A stretch of 64,000 nucleotides of DNA. Origin: a virus. Below the pieces are notes generated by a model, which was not told where the DNA came from, ran no database searches, and saw only the letters and a program-made list of their open reading frames with translations. The stretch is from positions 7,968 to 71,967 of the IMG/VR virus record IMGVR_UViG_3300028920_000060; one strand, written 5' to 3'. Both the position numbers and the translations under genes were made by a program. Position 1 is the first letter of the stretch; every line of letters begins with the position of its first letter. Below, piece after piece: positions 1 through 10,159 of this stretch.

Positions 1-1994
1 CAACCACGAATATAATTAAGATTTAATCTTGTATCCATAGTACCACCCATACCCCAAGTAATACTATGACTTACACTCATTAAAGTGCCAATGCAATTTC
101 TAGGTTCAAAATAAAATGGACGATTTAGCCAAGCACCTAGGTTTGGAGCAGCATTAATACCTAAAGTTCTAGCATCAGCATTCATCTTATTTAAAGTTAA
201 ATGAGCATATAATTTTGCTGCTTCATTTGTTGCTATGTATGCTTTAGGTGGGACTTGCTCTAAACGATACCAATATAATGGTATTAGATGTTCTAAAGTT
301 ACTTCTTGTGGTGCAGCATATTCTCTAGAAGTTCCAGGTTTTTTATGTCCCTGCAGTGGATGATAATATGATGTAACTTGTGTTCTTACTTTCTCGTCTG
401 TTATACCTTTACTAAAATTATAAGTATTTCTTTTAGTTGTTGTATATTTATTTCTGAAAGGCCCCCTTTGCACTTTTGTTTCCTGATCTAAAGTTAAACT
501 ATTACGTCCTTTCATAAATTTGTGTGGTACAGTAGCATCGCTACCAAAATCATCTGGATCAAAATCATATAGTGGGAATTCACATATCAAATCACCTTTA
601 GGCGACTCATAAAATACAAATTCTATCCGTTCTACAACATCAAGCATAATACCCAATCTAGACTTGAATTGGGTTGTATTGAGAGCAAAAGTATCTAAAA
701 AGTCTTTTAATAATACCTCTCTATTGACATCTGCTTGAAAAGATCTAGGTACAAGCATTATAAGTCGGCCACCATCTATTGGATAGATATCAGTATTTTC
801 ACCAATAATATTTATTACATCTTCAGCAATAATATTATTGGTATTAGGATCTATTCTAGCTCGACCTTTTAGTGCTTCCTTCTTTGATTCTGCATCTGCA
901 GGTATATTACCATCTGCATTTTCAGTTAACATATCATCTAAATCAGTCTCTTTAACCTCATGATCGATAAGAGATTGGTATTCTGCTAAACTAGTAACGT
1001 TAGCAGTTGGAATATTACTTAATATTAAAGGATCATTTCTATCAGGACCAAATTCGACAACTACAGAACCATTTATTCTAAATTTACCAACAGCATCAAT
1101 ATTCATGGTTCTAACTTGTGATGCATTTGGTGATGTATCTGTTAAAGTGAATTTACCTTCTTCAGAAGGATCATTTCCAAAAATAATTGTAAAAAATAAT
1201 TCTGGTAAAGTTAATCCAGAAAAACCTTCAGACAAAGCTGCTCTAAAATCTAAATCCTTAGATTTAATAATTGCTGCTCTATCTAATACAGCAGGATTAG
1301 TAGTAACACGAGCATAACGTAATAGTTTAAAAGGTCCTTCTCCAGTTACTGTTAAAATACGTTGATTGTTTTCATCAACTGTATCATCAAAGTTACTCAA
1401 ATATCCACTAAACTGATGATACCATTTACGTGGATTATATGGGTCACGCATGAATATTCTAATAGGATCATTGGCATGAAAAATAGGGTCTTCAGCTTGA
1501 AATGGATATTTATATGCACGTGCTGAATATTGTCTTACATTTTCACCACCAAGTTTACCAGCTATATCTGGAATTTCTATAACTTCAGTTCTAATATTAA
1601 ATTTTGATGCAAGTACTCTCTTTTTAATATCATTATTTAATTGCTTAATTTTTTTAAGAATTAAATCATCTATATCACTAGTAGCAGCAGCACCAAGATC
1701 AGTTTCATCATTTTTATCTACTCCGGAATCCAAATATTCTTTAATTCGTTTTTGTATTGCCTGTTTAACTAAAGATACATCACCAAATAATGTAGTAAAT
1801 TCTGGTGTAGTTAATATATATTTATCTAATTCATTAGCCAAAGTAATAGTACAAGTGTTAGGAGCTCTACCAACATTATAGCTGACCTCAACACTCAAAA
1901 CATCTTCTGTAACATTTACTCCATATATAAATACACGATACGCAGGAAATGCATGACGTGCCTGTAAATTACCTTTACTATCTCTGATGCTCAT
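1..1994 (-). CDS. Baseplate hub protein (T4 gp27/Mu gp44-like), 3'-truncated by window edge
   Basis: Not in the ORF track because its stop lies outside the window. ATG at 1994 overlaps the TGA of the upstream gene and the frame stays open to position 1. Manual translation: MSIRDSKGNLQARHAFPAYRVFIYGVNVTEDVLSVEVSYNVGRAPNTCTITLAN ... LNKMNADARTLGINAAPNLGAWLNRPFYFEPRNCIGTLMSVSHSITWG. This is the typical hub N- and C-terminal beta pattern, and the gene sits after tape measure and tube initiator. Confidence 0.7.
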   Translation of the reverse strand, partial: MSIRDSKGNLQARHAFPAYRVFIYGVNVTEDVLSVEVSYNVGRAPNTCTITLANELDKYILTTPEFTTLFGDVSLVKQAIQKRIKEYLDSGVDKNDETDLGAAATSDIDDLILKKIKQLNNDIKKRVLASKFNIRTEVIEIPDIAGKLGGENVRQYSARAYKYPFQAEDPIFHANDPIRIFMRDPYNPRKWYHQFSGYLSNFDDTVDENNQRILTVTGEGPFKLLRYARVTTNPAVLDRAAIIKSKDLDFRAALSEGFSGLTLPELFFTIIFGNDPSEEGKFTLTDTSPNASQVRTMNIDAVGKFRINGSVVVEFGPDRNDPLILSNIPTANVTSLAEYQSLIDHEVKETDLDDMLTENADGNIPADAESKKEALKGRARIDPNTNNIIAEDVINIIGENTDIYPIDGGRLIMLVPRSFQADVNREVLLKDFLDTFALNTTQFKSRLGIMLDVVERIEFVFYESPKGDLICEFPLYDFDPDDFGSDATVPHKFMKGRNSLTLDQETKVQRGPFRNKYTTTKRNTYNFSKGITDEKVRTQVTSYYHPLQGHKKPGTSREYAAPQEVTLEHLIPLYWYRLEQVPPKAYIATNEAAKLYAHLTLNKMNADARTLGINAAPNLGAWLNRPFYFEPRNCIGTLMSVSHSITWGMGGTMDTRLNLNYIRG

Positions 1995-2764
1995 GTGAAG
2001 TCCGAAGTAAAAGTACTAATATTCTTAACTAAATCATCTATATCTGGTATAACTTCTTGTACAGTAAATGAAAAGGCATAATCTTTAGAATTTGGTTTAT
2101 CTGCGTTATCTGACCATTCTAAAGTAGTACTAAAGAATCCTATTAACATTATTTCTAAAGGTATAGCTGCAGAACTGTAAGTAATCATAAATTCGTTAAT
2201 AGTATTATCTTCAAGAATCATGGTTTCTCTAGTCAAATTCCATAAATTATGCCATATTATCAATTTCTTCATAGCGTCAGTATCGGAACCAGTTGCACCT
2301 AGTGCTCCAACACCGGATATCTCAGGAGCTGAATCCCCTAATAAATTAATATTACCTGTATTGCCTTTAAAATCTAAGACTAAAATATCGTTATTTTGAC
2401 CTCTAGCATTAGTAAAATGAAAGAATATACTACCTTCTTGTGTATCCTTCTTTGTAATACGTTTTGGCTGTCTCCAGTTGATACTGTTTGGATTAACATT
2501 CATCTGAATAACAGGCAAATCAGACTGAACTGTTTCTGAAGTAAGGAGACCTTGAGATATGGTTGTATCTTGAACATCAAATTGAGCAAGGTCATTTAAA
2601 CTTGCTCTATCAAAATCTTGATTTATAAGACGAAGCCTCCTTGTAGAAGTAAAATTCATAGGAATGCGAGAGGCTCTTAGAGAAACTCGTGATTGTCCAA
2701 ATAATGTGGTGGCTAGCACATCTTGTACATTAAATACTTCTGAACTTAAATCTATAATAGGCAT
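1991..2764 (-). CDS. Baseplate/tail-tube initiator protein (tube-fold, gp48/gp54-like)
   Basis: 257 aa directly after the tape measure; C-terminal beta pattern (FMITY...LIGFFSTTLEWSDNADKPNSKDYAFSFTVQE) typical of tube initiators. Confidence 0.5.
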   Translation of the reverse strand: MPIIDLSSEVFNVQDVLATTLFGQSRVSLRASRIPMNFTSTRRLRLINQDFDRASLNDLAQFDVQDTTISQGLLTSETVQSDLPVIQMNVNPNSINWRQPKRITKKDTQEGSIFFHFTNARGQNNDILVLDFKGNTGNINLLGDSAPEISGVGALGATGSDTDAMKKLIIWHNLWNLTRETMILEDNTINEFMITYSSAAIPLEIMLIGFFSTTLEWSDNADKPNSKDYAFSFTVQEVIPDIDDLVKNISTFTSDFT

Positions 2765-4860
2765 CAGCCACCCTCTGCTGGAACTGCGCTACCACCAACT
2801 TGTCTAATTATGAATTCTAAATTTACTACTTCTCCCTTACTGGTTTTAACCTTTGTAATTTTACGTATATTAGACTCTACTCTTTTAGCTAATCCTACAT
2901 CTTCTACACCAAGCTCTCGAGCTTTCTCTTCAAATGCTACTTCGCCTGCCTCATTCTTTGTTTCTCCAGATCTGTATGCATTAACTAGTTGTGCAATCTT
3001 TTCTTCGTCTATTTTTCTACGCTCTAAGGTTTTACCTACACTTAGAGCAGTTTTATCTCTTAACATTCGTTTAGCTTGTTCTGAGCTTGTAACTGTTTGA
3101 TATTTACCTTCTTCTTCATCCCCTCCAAACATAGAGCCAACCCAATCGGTTATCCCTGCGCCTTTTTTTCTAGCTGCTTTGCCGCCGGCATATGTATTTA
3201 ATATTGTACCAAGAGCATCTAAACCGCCCTTTTTCATTTGGATTGCGCCCTCAGCCATATAACCCATAGACGCTTGAGAGATTGATAGTGCTCTAGCCAT
3301 TGCTTCTTGACTTTTATCTGCATCATATCCACCAAATAATCTAGAACCATAATACATACCTTTTAATAATTCAACACCAGCTAAAACAGCACCTAATATT
3401 CCAGCACCAATTTTAGCCAATCCATCTTGTATTTTTAATAATGAGCGTTGAAATTGACTAGTTTCTCTTGCTCTACCTCCGAGACCTCTTGCTAACATCT
3501 CTTGGCCTTCTTTTGATTCCACCATCTCAGTTATAGTTTTACCTGAAATTTCAGCCTGCTTTTTTAATTCCATTAATACACGAGATCCTTCAAATCCCAT
3601 TTTAGCAGGACCAACTTCTAAAAATCGCCTTTGTTCATATTCTGAACCACCAGATTCTTCTGCCATTTTAAGAAGTTCTGCAATAGTCTGTGAGAATACT
3701 TTTCTATCACCGCTCGGATCACCAGTAGCACCTTCTCTAAATTTATAATAGGCTTCAAGGTCATTGCCTAACCCCATTCGTCTACCTAATTCGGCAGACA
3801 TACCAACACCCATACCAGCAATACCACCAGAGATTTGTTGTGTGGCTTGTTCAGCATATTGCGCAGCAAATTGGTCACTAACCCCAGGCATTAATTCTTT
3901 AGCAATCTTAGTAAATCTAAGTTGCGCGTCAGTTACTTCTTTAATATCAACACGCATCATACGCATAGCAGAGGCATTACGCATCACAGAGGTAGTAAAA
4001 GCCTGCACGCTAGTACCAGAATCTCTAGCAGCCATACCAATACCTGCTACAACTTTAGCAGATTCTGTAGCATCTAAATTAAAATCTCTAATTAATTGGC
4101 TCATATTACGTGCAGCTGTACCAGCACCCTGCTTAAACATACTATCTAATCTGACTGCGGTTTTTATTGCTGTTTCCTCTACACCTTTTAAAGGAGATTG
4201 AAATTTATTTATAAGTACATCTTCTACATCGACGCCCGCTTGTGCAAGTTGTTGAGCAGATTGTTGAAACTCAACAAACATTCCACCCTTTTCCATACCG
4301 AATTGTACTGCAAGATCACGTGCCTCCTTACGAACTGCACCTAAAGCACCTTTAGCAACTTCACCAGATTGCTGGAATGAACGCATGACACCGGTACTAA
4401 GAGCTCTAAATTGCTCTTCCTTCATAGAACCATACAACATGAGGCCTAACATACCACCAAATGGTAGTTCACTTATTATAGAGCTTTTTAATTTAGCCAT
4501 GCCCCCTTGTAAACCAGACATATCTTTTTCTGTTGCAGGTAATAATTCACCAACAGCACCACGTATTCCACCTTTAGATCTTAGATCTGCAACAAATCTT
4601 TCATATGCACTTTTAATTTTCTTAATTTCTTTTTCTGTATCCTCTGCATTAATTATTTTTTGTTTTCTAGCTTCTTTTGATCCTCTTTTAAAACCAGTCA
4701 TAAATTCAGAACTAGTTTTATCAGCAGTTTCTATTTCTTTTTTAATATTTGAAATTAAACCTATAAATTCCTCTACAGGAATATTAAGCTTCTCAAAATT
4801 TCCAGTAAGTGAAGCTACCGCTTGCGATATTACTTCAACTTCTTGTTTAGGATCAGCCAT
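2764..4860 (-). CDS. Tape measure protein
   Basis: 698 aa, Ala/Gly/Met-rich and predicted helical, immediately downstream of the two tail chaperone ORFs. Confidence 0.8.
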   Translation of the reverse strand: MADPKQEVEVISQAVASLTGNFEKLNIPVEEFIGLISNIKKEIETADKTSSEFMTGFKRGSKEARKQKIINAEDTEKEIKKIKSAYERFVADLRSKGGIRGAVGELLPATEKDMSGLQGGMAKLKSSIISELPFGGMLGLMLYGSMKEEQFRALSTGVMRSFQQSGEVAKGALGAVRKEARDLAVQFGMEKGGMFVEFQQSAQQLAQAGVDVEDVLINKFQSPLKGVEETAIKTAVRLDSMFKQGAGTAARNMSQLIRDFNLDATESAKVVAGIGMAARDSGTSVQAFTTSVMRNASAMRMMRVDIKEVTDAQLRFTKIAKELMPGVSDQFAAQYAEQATQQISGGIAGMGVGMSAELGRRMGLGNDLEAYYKFREGATGDPSGDRKVFSQTIAELLKMAEESGGSEYEQRRFLEVGPAKMGFEGSRVLMELKKQAEISGKTITEMVESKEGQEMLARGLGGRARETSQFQRSLLKIQDGLAKIGAGILGAVLAGVELLKGMYYGSRLFGGYDADKSQEAMARALSISQASMGYMAEGAIQMKKGGLDALGTILNTYAGGKAARKKGAGITDWVGSMFGGDEEEGKYQTVTSSEQAKRMLRDKTALSVGKTLERRKIDEEKIAQLVNAYRSGETKNEAGEVAFEEKARELGVEDVGLAKRVESNIRKITKVKTSKGEVVNLEFIIRQVGGSAVPAEGG

Positions 4861-5404
4861 TGTTCACTTCATCGTCAAAAGTCATCTTAATAGACTTTTT
4901 AGTTATTTCTTCTACTTGTTTTTCATGTTCTAATCTACTAGTTTTAACCTCATTAACTTTTTCTCGTAATTCTTCCATATTTAGACTAAAATGAGGAGCA
5001 TTAGGAGACCCATCCACCATTTTGACTCCTAACAACTTTAATTGTTTTTGTCTATCTACTTCCATAGATTTTTCAATAATTGGATCCATATCTCCAACAT
5101 CATCAACAATTTCACCTCGAGCAAATGCTTCGGACACAGCATCAAATTGTTCGTCATCTAAAGCCTGTTGAGCATCAGATGTTTGTTTAATCTTTTCAAT
5201 CATCGTCTCAACAACTTCACGTCTACCCGTTAACATACTCAAAGGTATAATTGTGTCTTCATCTTTTTCTTTTAATAGATCTAAACCAAGCAATTGCACT
5301 AACATTTTCTCTATAGCTTTTAGAGAATCAATTGCAAAGTTAGTACGTTCTTCCTCTTTCTTTTGTAGTGCCTGATACTCCCAAAGCCATTGGGCTTTGG
5401 TCAT
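4853..5404 (-). CDS. Tail assembly chaperone, T (frameshift) portion
   Basis: Starts MTKAQWLWEY, a motif typical of chaperone T segments; lies in the -1 frame of the upstream chaperone and is open back to the slippery site at 5491-5497. Confidence 0.7.
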   Translation of the reverse strand: MTKAQWLWEYQALQKKEEERTNFAIDSLKAIEKMLVQLLGLDLLKEKDEDTIIPLSMLTGRREVVETMIEKIKQTSDAQQALDDEQFDAVSEAFARGEIVDDVGDMDPIIEKSMEVDRQKQLKLLGVKMVDGSPNAPHFSLNMEELREKVNEVKTSRLEHEKQVEEITKKSIKMTFDDEVNNG

Positions 5405-5973
5405 ACATCTGATGTCTGGGCTGCTGGCGAGGACCCCTTTTCTTGCGAGGACGTAACTTTTGATTTCCCACCAGGGGTCCTCGCCGATGATTTTTTTAAT
5501 TTATCCCAGGATTCATCTCTACGTTCGACTAATTTAGTATAATTAGCCCAAAGTTCTTTAGTTAATTTACTTGAACGATCTCCAAGCCATAACATCAACT
5601 GATTCATAACCCAATATCGTTTACGATATTGAGATGCACTATGATACTCGATATCGGCCTTTTCCATCTCATCAGAAAATTCAAAAAGTTCTTCAACGGG
5701 AGTACCATCAATAGCTTTAATAGATGCAGCTAATCTAGGTACCCTTAAAGAAGAAAAGGCAGAGATTTCACTACTCATATTACAATAAGAGTCTGCCCAT
5801 ACTTCTTCATCAGAAGTTAAAGTACTCATACGATATTTATTACCCGCAACTTCGAAGGTATCGTCAATTTCCATACCTCCGATCTGCGTGTCAATATCTT
5901 GTAATAATTTGTGGCGTTTTGCTACAGGAATTTTTACTGTTTCGTTCTCTTTTGCTTTGTCTTCTTCAGCCAT
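5401..5973 (-). CDS. Tail assembly chaperone (G)
   Basis: 190 aa acidic protein between tube genes and tape measure; LAASIKAIDGTP motif. Confidence 0.75.
   Translation of the reverse strand: MAEEDKAKENETVKIPVAKRHKLLQDIDTQIGGMEIDDTFEVAGNKYRMSTLTSDEEVWADSYCNMSSEISAFSSLRVPRLAASIKAIDGTPVEELFEFSDEMEKADIEYHSASQYRKRYWVMNQLMLWLGDRSSKLTKELWANYTKLVERRDESWDKLKKSSARTPGGKSKVTSSQEKGSSPAAQTSDV
5426..5497 (-). promoter_or_regulatory. Programmed -1 ribosomal frameshift signal (A AAA AAA plus 13-bp stem)
   Basis: Minus strand TTA AAA AAA at 5491-5497, a 5-nt spacer, then a perfect 13-bp inverted repeat (5473-5485 with 5426-5438). The -1 frame reads IIGEDPWWEIKSYVLARKGVLASSPDIRC into MTKAQWLW with no stop. 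Confidence 0.8.
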
Positions 5974-6011
5974 TTTTGGCCTCCTTCAAATGAAGGGTAA
6001 GGGGAAACTAC

Positions 6012-6539
6012 TTATTGAATCCTAATTCTCCTAGTAAATTCAAGAGTTGCTCTAGCTTTAATAATACGATCATCATTGGCAGCTATAGTTCTACCAAGAC
6101 TAGAGAACCAACAACCCACATAAGCATAGGCACGTAAATCCCCAAAAGGATCACGCCACATCTCTCTAACGTGGAAAGGTTTTGCTTGTAGTGTTAGATT
6201 TATCAGATCAGTATCTGCACCTACTACTGGTGTACCAAAAGCTTCACCTATATGGAAAGTGAAGAGCTCATAACGTTCTATTGCAATAGAATTAGTTGTT
6301 TGTACTTGAGGTACACGTTCTATAGGTTCACCTTGATTGGTTAAACTAACTTCATATATAGTATCTACAGTTCTTGTCATATTTAATGACCATGACTGTA
6401 TGCGACCTATTTTAATACCTCTATCAGTCTTAATAGATATAGAATGAGAAGATGCTGTCTGAGTTAAAGGTGGAGATACAGAAAACCCACCAGTATCAAA
6501 CTGATTCTGAAAGTCACTTATGCCTTTAGGTAGACTCAT
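6012..6539 (-). CDS. Tail tube-like protein, paralogue 3
   Basis: Shares SHSISI...GRIQSW...RT...YE and YVGCWFSSLGR...DDRII...ATLEF motifs with 6536-7090 and 7108-7584. Confidence 0.75.
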   Translation of the reverse strand: MSLPKGISDFQNQFDTGGFSVSPPLTQTASSHSISIKTDRGIKIGRIQSWSLNMTRTVDTIYEVSLTNQGEPIERVPQVQTTNSIAIERYELFTFHIGEAFGTPVVGADTDLINLTLQAKPFHVREMWRDPFGDLRAYAYVGCWFSSLGRTIAANDDRIIKARATLEFTRRIRIQ

Positions 6540-7090
6540 AATAGAATACCTAGAGCACCTTCTACTTTTATTTTCTTAGTATAAACTAATGTTGCATTTA
6601 CATTGACGATACGATTATCATCAGAACTCAATGTTCTACCTAAAGAAGTAAACCAACATCCACTATAAACAAATCGTTCTTTATTAATAAAAGAAGTATC
6701 AACACTCTTTCCGATAGCATTACCTATCGAGGTCAAAACATTTGCAGCCCCTCTATCAAAGGCTGTAGGATCTCTAGTCGGAACAGTCCAAATTTCATAT
6801 AGGTCAATTGGTTCTGATTGCCTAGTGAGCATAACTAAGTCTCTAGTACCAAAAGCTTCTTCGAGACGTGCAGCATATGCATCAAATCTATTTACATTTA
6901 TAGTAAGACCAGACATATTGCCTGGTACATATTCAATGGGATTGCCAGAATCGTCAACCGCTACTTCAAAAACAGGAGTTAACGTTCTAGATTGAGAAGG
7001 AGCCCAACTATTGATTAAACCTACTGTTTGGCCGTTAGCCCTGATGGATAGGGCATGAGATGTGCGTACCTGTGTAAGAGGTATCGCCAT
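6536..7090 (-). CDS. Tail tube-like protein, paralogue 2
   Basis: RTSHALSIRANG..VGLINSW, VPGN, AFGT.DL.ML, YSGCWF..GR..SSDDNRIVNVNATL; clearly similar to 7108-7584. Confidence 0.8.
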   Translation of the reverse strand: MAIPLTQVRTSHALSIRANGQTVGLINSWAPSQSRTLTPVFEVAVDDSGNPIEYVPGNMSGLTINVNRFDAYAARLEEAFGTRDLVMLTRQSEPIDLYEIWTVPTRDPTAFDRGAANVLTSIGNAIGKSVDTSFINKERFVYSGCWFTSLGRTLSSDDNRIVNVNATLVYTKKIKVEGALGILL

Positions 7091-7107
7091 TCACGACCAG
7101 AGCCTCG

Positions 7108-7584
7108 CTAGGCAGTAGCCTTAGTTCTCTTAACGTACTCAAGCGTAGCGTTCGTATTAATAATACGGTCACCATCTGATCGATAATTTCTACCAATATT
7201 AGAGAACCAACAACCAGTATAAACCACCACTTCAGAACCACCACCATCTCTATCTGGGATAGTCCAAAGTTCTCTCACTTCAAAGGGACTATCCTGAAGT
7301 GAGAGCATCATAAGATCAGTGGTACCAAAAGCAGTTTCCATTCTGTCTACATAGATATCATATCTCTGGACAGCAATGGTTTGACCGGTGACATTGCCTG
7401 GCACCTTTTCAACAGGATCGCCAGAGAAAGTGCCACGATGATTCTCTGCAATTTGGTAAATAGGAGTAATGGTTCTACTAATAGTTGGGTTCCACCCGTT
7501 TACTAATCCGATAGTTACACCATTCGCTCTAATAGTTAGAGAGTGAGAAGTGCGAACTAAAGTCTCTGGTACTGGGAAAGCCAT
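7108..7584 (-). CDS. Major tail tube protein
   Basis: 158 aa immediately after the sheath gene, tube-fold motif pattern. Confidence 0.8.
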   Translation of the reverse strand: MAFPVPETLVRTSHSLTIRANGVTIGLVNGWNPTISRTITPIYQIAENHRGTFSGDPVEKVPGNVTGQTIAVQRYDIYVDRMETAFGTTDLMMLSLQDSPFEVRELWTIPDRDGGGSEVVVYTGCWFSNIGRNYRSDGDRIINTNATLEYVKRTKATA

Positions 7585-7614
7585 ATTTGACTCCTAGTGG
7601 CCTCTAACTAATTG

Positions 7615-10143
7615 TTAGGTACTAAAGAATGGATTATCAACAGAGAATTCACCGAAGAATCTAAGTGCCGGATATCTCAGGAAGAAGAAATACCGGAAGA
7701 AGAACTTAGTAGGATCGGTAGTACTCTGTTCTGCCTGTACGTCTCTAGAAAGATCGATGTCTCTCGAAACGCCATTAGCATCCCTAAATGGACCAATTGC
7801 ACCACTCTCAATAAGAGCAACTAACGTCTGACCAACAAACGTCTTAATATCAAAAATGAAGTCAGCTAAATCTTCTGGTACGATACCACGCAAGTTAGTA
7901 TCAACCACTCTCGAAACCGACCGAGTAACATTGTCCTTTTGTGAGGTTACCGATCTATACGAGAACTGCGGCAGATTACCACCAGCAACTTCAGTAGTAA
8001 CTGGATCAAGAATGTTAAGTCTGCCACCTTCCTGAGTAACAATTAATGTACCATTAGAGGCTAATTGAGCTCGTTCTGCTCTAACAAAGGTTGGGAAGGT
8101 ATTAACATCAAAACCAATAATTCTCTTAGAAGCTAGTGAAGTGGCAGGAGAGGTAAAGCTAGTATGTCTAGCTGCAACAGCACAAGCAACTGCAGTAGAA
8201 TCCAGATTTAACGTAGCCTCACTGCCATTTTCTAATGTGATTGTTCTATCAACACCAGTAGGTGCAACTAACAATGAACGACCACGTGCTGGGCTATCTG
8301 CAGCAACCTGTAAAGTCACTGCAGCACGATAAACAAAGGTATCTGGTGTATCAGCATCACCAATGAGAGTACCAACTGGCATACCATACCAACCGGTACG
8401 ATAGTTCTTCTCAGTAGGCGAGCTTTGATTCTCAATGTGAGAAAGCTGATAGGTCTGTACATTCAATCTAGTATCAACAGTCAAAACATCGGTAATGAGC
8501 GTAGACTGCTCAAGACCATCAATAGCATCCTTTGTCTCATTAACAGTAGGATTATTAGTAGAGGTAGCATCATCAATCTGACAAGTAAAAATAGAAGGTG
8601 CACCATTTTCAAATGCAATCTGACCATAAACAGATAAAGTATTAGTAGTAGAAACAGGACCTAAGTCCTGAATCATAGCATCTTCAGAGAAGAATCTCTT
8701 AGGCGTCTCGTATTCAGCAGTTGGACGGTCATACTCGTACGTAGCAAAATAGATAACACCAGTAGCTGGTGTAGAACCAGTACCAACTTCAGTGTAAGGT
8801 AACTGTCCAGCAGTCAAACCGAAAATAACAGTAGTAGCATCATTTGCAGTAGGAGCGGAAAATTCAATACTAGACGCAATACCCTCAACTGGACTAGTGA
8901 TTTTTACTTTACCACTACCATCATCAGCAGCAACACCAATATAATCAGGACCATAACCAGCAGCGACTGCTAGAACAGCATTAATATTATTTGCGATATT
9001 TGCGGCAGTAGAAGCATCACCAAGCGTGCCACCCATACCTGAATCAATAGTAAAACCAGGCACTGGCGCTACAGCTTGAATTAAATCAATTTCTACAGCT
9101 GCTTTACCATCTAATGCTATACTGATTGTATCGGTTTGCCCACCAGCCACGGATAAATCAAATGTTTCAGTTATAGAACCAGTAAAAGTAGCTGCAGTAT
9201 CTGGTGACCAATCAATATCTCCACCATTGAGTAAATAATCTGTTGGAGAAGTGAAACTAGTTACATTAGCAAAAGAACCAATACGAGTAAGCGCAGTTGC
9301 AGTTTGAGTTAGTGTGTCAGTAGTAGTGTCCGGAGACACATAATCAATCTCATATGTGGCACTAGCATCATACTGAGTAGCATCTATCTCAACAACAGTA
9401 GGTGCTAACGCTGGTGTAGTAAAACCAATACTAGCAGTTACATCGTTAGCAAAAGGTTCTAGAATTTGTACATCAGAAAATGGAGTAGTAATAGGGCTGG
9501 TAAAAGTAAGAACATTGGTAGCTTCTGTTACAACAGCAGCATAAACAGAACCATATCCAAGGGATAGACCCGCTGCGCTCGCTAAACCGGCATTAACAGC
9601 TGTGGCAACCTCATCTGCGGTTGCGGCTGCGCCAGCAGTAGAAAAACCATCCCATTTAATTTCGAGTAAAGTGCCAGTAGCAGTAGCAACTGGATTAGGC
9701 GTGGCAGCGGCATCATACTCAAGCTGAATAGTAATCTTTTGCCCACTATCCATCTTAAAGCCGAATGCTTTAGGACTACCAGCACTAACATTGATAGTAG
9801 TCATTACAGTACCAGTGAGTACTGCTGCTGGATAACTGATAAAGGTACTATCAATAACAGTTACTAATCCAGCGAGAGTGCGTCGAATTACAGTATTCGA
9901 CACACGTCGATCACCACGATTTGGAGTCAGAGTGTAGACATGAGGAGAAGAACCAGCAAAAGTAGCAGCCTCTTCAAGAATCTGTCCACGCTTTATTGCC
10001 TCATTAGTTGCTCTCTTCTGACGATTACCTACAGCAACAATAGCCAGAATGTCAGGCACAGTGGCAATAGAAATAGCTGCTGGCGTTACAACTTCACCAA
10101 TAATAACGCCTGGATCTACATAGCCGCTAATAGAGAGAGCCAT
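7615..10143 (-). CDS. Tail sheath protein with inserted surface domains
   Basis: N-terminal YVDPGVIIGEV and C-terminal sheath core (ITDVLTVD...YRTGWYGMP...FFFRYFFFLRYPALRFFGEF) typical of contractile sheaths; 842 aa. Confidence 0.9.
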   Translation of the reverse strand: MALSISGYVDPGVIIGEVVTPAAISIATVPDILAIVAVGNRQKRATNEAIKRGQILEEAATFAGSSPHVYTLTPNRGDRRVSNTVIRRTLAGLVTVIDSTFISYPAAVLTGTVMTTINVSAGSPKAFGFKMDSGQKITIQLEYDAAATPNPVATATGTLLEIKWDGFSTAGAAATADEVATAVNAGLASAAGLSLGYGSVYAAVVTEATNVLTFTSPITTPFSDVQILEPFANDVTASIGFTTPALAPTVVEIDATQYDASATYEIDYVSPDTTTDTLTQTATALTRIGSFANVTSFTSPTDYLLNGGDIDWSPDTAATFTGSITETFDLSVAGGQTDTISIALDGKAAVEIDLIQAVAPVPGFTIDSGMGGTLGDASTAANIANNINAVLAVAAGYGPDYIGVAADDGSGKVKITSPVEGIASSIEFSAPTANDATTVIFGLTAGQLPYTEVGTGSTPATGVIYFATYEYDRPTAEYETPKRFFSEDAMIQDLGPVSTTNTLSVYGQIAFENGAPSIFTCQIDDATSTNNPTVNETKDAIDGLEQSTLITDVLTVDTRLNVQTYQLSHIENQSSPTEKNYRTGWYGMPVGTLIGDADTPDTFVYRAAVTLQVAADSPARGRSLLVAPTGVDRTITLENGSEATLNLDSTAVACAVAARHTSFTSPATSLASKRIIGFDVNTFPTFVRAERAQLASNGTLIVTQEGGRLNILDPVTTEVAGGNLPQFSYRSVTSQKDNVTRSVSRVVDTNLRGIVPEDLADFIFDIKTFVGQTLVALIESGAIGPFRDANGVSRDIDLSRDVQAEQSTTDPTKFFFRYFFFLRYPALRFFGEFSVDNPFFST

Positions 10144-10159
10144 TGTTTATTGCCTCCAA

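Noticed and set aside
6012-10143. Extracellular contractile injection system or tailocin
   Set aside because: Capsid, portal, protease and terminase are in the same operon, so this is a phage.
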